From: Candidatus Sigynarchaeum calidifontis
Lineage (GTDB): Archaea > Asgardarchaeota > Lokiarchaeia > Sigyniarchaeales > Sigyniarchaeaceae
Assembly (NCBI GenBank): GCA_030587475.2
Contig: JAUQYZ020000185.1
Span: 1 to 16,557 of the forward strand
Direction of reading: 5' to 3'
DNA: 16,557 nt
In this document: positions 15,872 to 16,557 of the stretch, one piece after another
How positions within the stretch are numbered: position 1 is the stretch's first letter
How the letters are laid out: every line of letters begins with the position of its first letter
The notes under the pieces: model-generated
Seen by the model: only the letters and a program-made list of their open reading frames with translations
Databases searched by the model: none
Told to the model about the DNA's origin: nothing
Made by a program: the position numbers and the translations under genes

Positions 15872-16250
15872 GCGATCGTCTCGTCTCCGGCAGCAAGGTT
15901 TCCCGCCATCGTGATCGATAGGGCGCGCCTTGCTGGCTGGTGCTTAAAAATGAGAGGGGAGATAAAAGAACCGTCTTGATTTCCTTCGCTTCTAGCTTGG
16001 TGATAGGATACCGCTGGCAGCTCTTTCAGTGATATATCTGAGATTCCCACTTCATTTTGAACTCCGAGCGAGAAGCAATCGGGCGCCCGGCCGAAGCCCC
16101 TCGTTCTCGATCCGAAAGACCCGGGGTTCCCGGGAATGTTCGACGTCATGCTTTTTGGCTTCCCGACCAGGCTCACGGATGCCGAGGCCTCGGCCCGCTT
16201 GAAGGCTAGAGTCCATGTGCTCATGCTCGGTACGTCGAATGTGCATCTAT

Positions 16251-16556
16251 TCATGCTTGCCCCGTGTGCAGCTTCCACCGCCGGGCGATGGTCGCCGCGT
16301 CGAGCACGGGGTCGGAGACATCGAGCCGCAGCTCTCGCCACGTGGCTCCCGCCCTGGCCAGCGGCTTGCCTGCCACGATGATCACCTTCCCGCGTGAATC
16401 CAGCTCGAGAACGATATCGATGACGCGATATACCGCACTGCCCGGCAGTGCCGTCGTGCCCCCCCGGCATGGCGCTTCAGCCGCTTGGCGATGAAGGTGA
16501 TCAACCCGCTCGATTTGCTCGATTCGTGCGCCGGGCTTGGCGCGCGGCGGCCAGCT
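16251..16556 (-). CDS. Possible 3' end of a hypothetical protein (5' end outside the window)
   Basis: The frame is open from the right edge to TGA at 16253-16251: ...SAVYRVIDIVLELDSRGKVIIVAGKPLARAGATWRELRLDVSDPVLDAATIARRWKLHTGQA*. Composition is protein-like, but I recognise no family. Confidence 0.4.
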   Translation of the reverse strand, partial: SWPPRAKPGARIEQIERVDHLHRQAAEAPCRGGTTALPGSAVYRVIDIVLELDSRGKVIIVAGKPLARAGATWRELRLDVSDPVLDAATIARRWKLHTGQA

Positions 16557-16557
16557 T

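Noticed and set aside
16021-16381. Plus-strand frame with an in-frame TGA at 16058 upstream of ORF 16136-16381, as a possible selenoprotein
   Set aside because: There is no start codon before the TGA (further stops lie just upstream), no redox motif and no recognisable SECIS.
15745-16470. 241-aa minus-strand ORF
   Set aside because: Low-complexity Arg/Ala/Gly composition, out-of-frame overlap with serA, and it crosses the likely serA promoter.

Overview
Chromosomal window, probably archaeal: GAGGTG-type SD sites, BRE/TATA-like boxes, oligo-T terminators and an XRE-HTH+CBS regulator. An Asgard/Lokiarchaeia-like origin is my inference and is unverified. From left to right: (1) a membrane-anchored ELWxxDGT-repeat beta-propeller gene on the minus strand that runs off the left edge and is missing from the ORF track; (2) an HTH-CBS regulator divergent from a five-gene bacterial-type sulfur amino acid operon, metY-like/metX/metW/cysK/cysE; (3) a convergent 1098-aa gene in which a radical-SAM activase is fused in frame to a complete single-Cys glycyl radical enzyme (GRE) of unknown substrate; (4) a doubly membrane-anchored Asp-box/sialidase-like propeller; (5) two tandem serA genes of different structural types; (6) a possible truncated ORF at the right edge. 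The best candidate for an undescribed system is the self-activating GRE fusion, whose putative TATA box is flanked by two 11-bp direct repeats. Next are the CysE with an N-terminal CxxC-x11-CxxC module and the possible SAM/adenylate-sensing CBS regulator of the operon.
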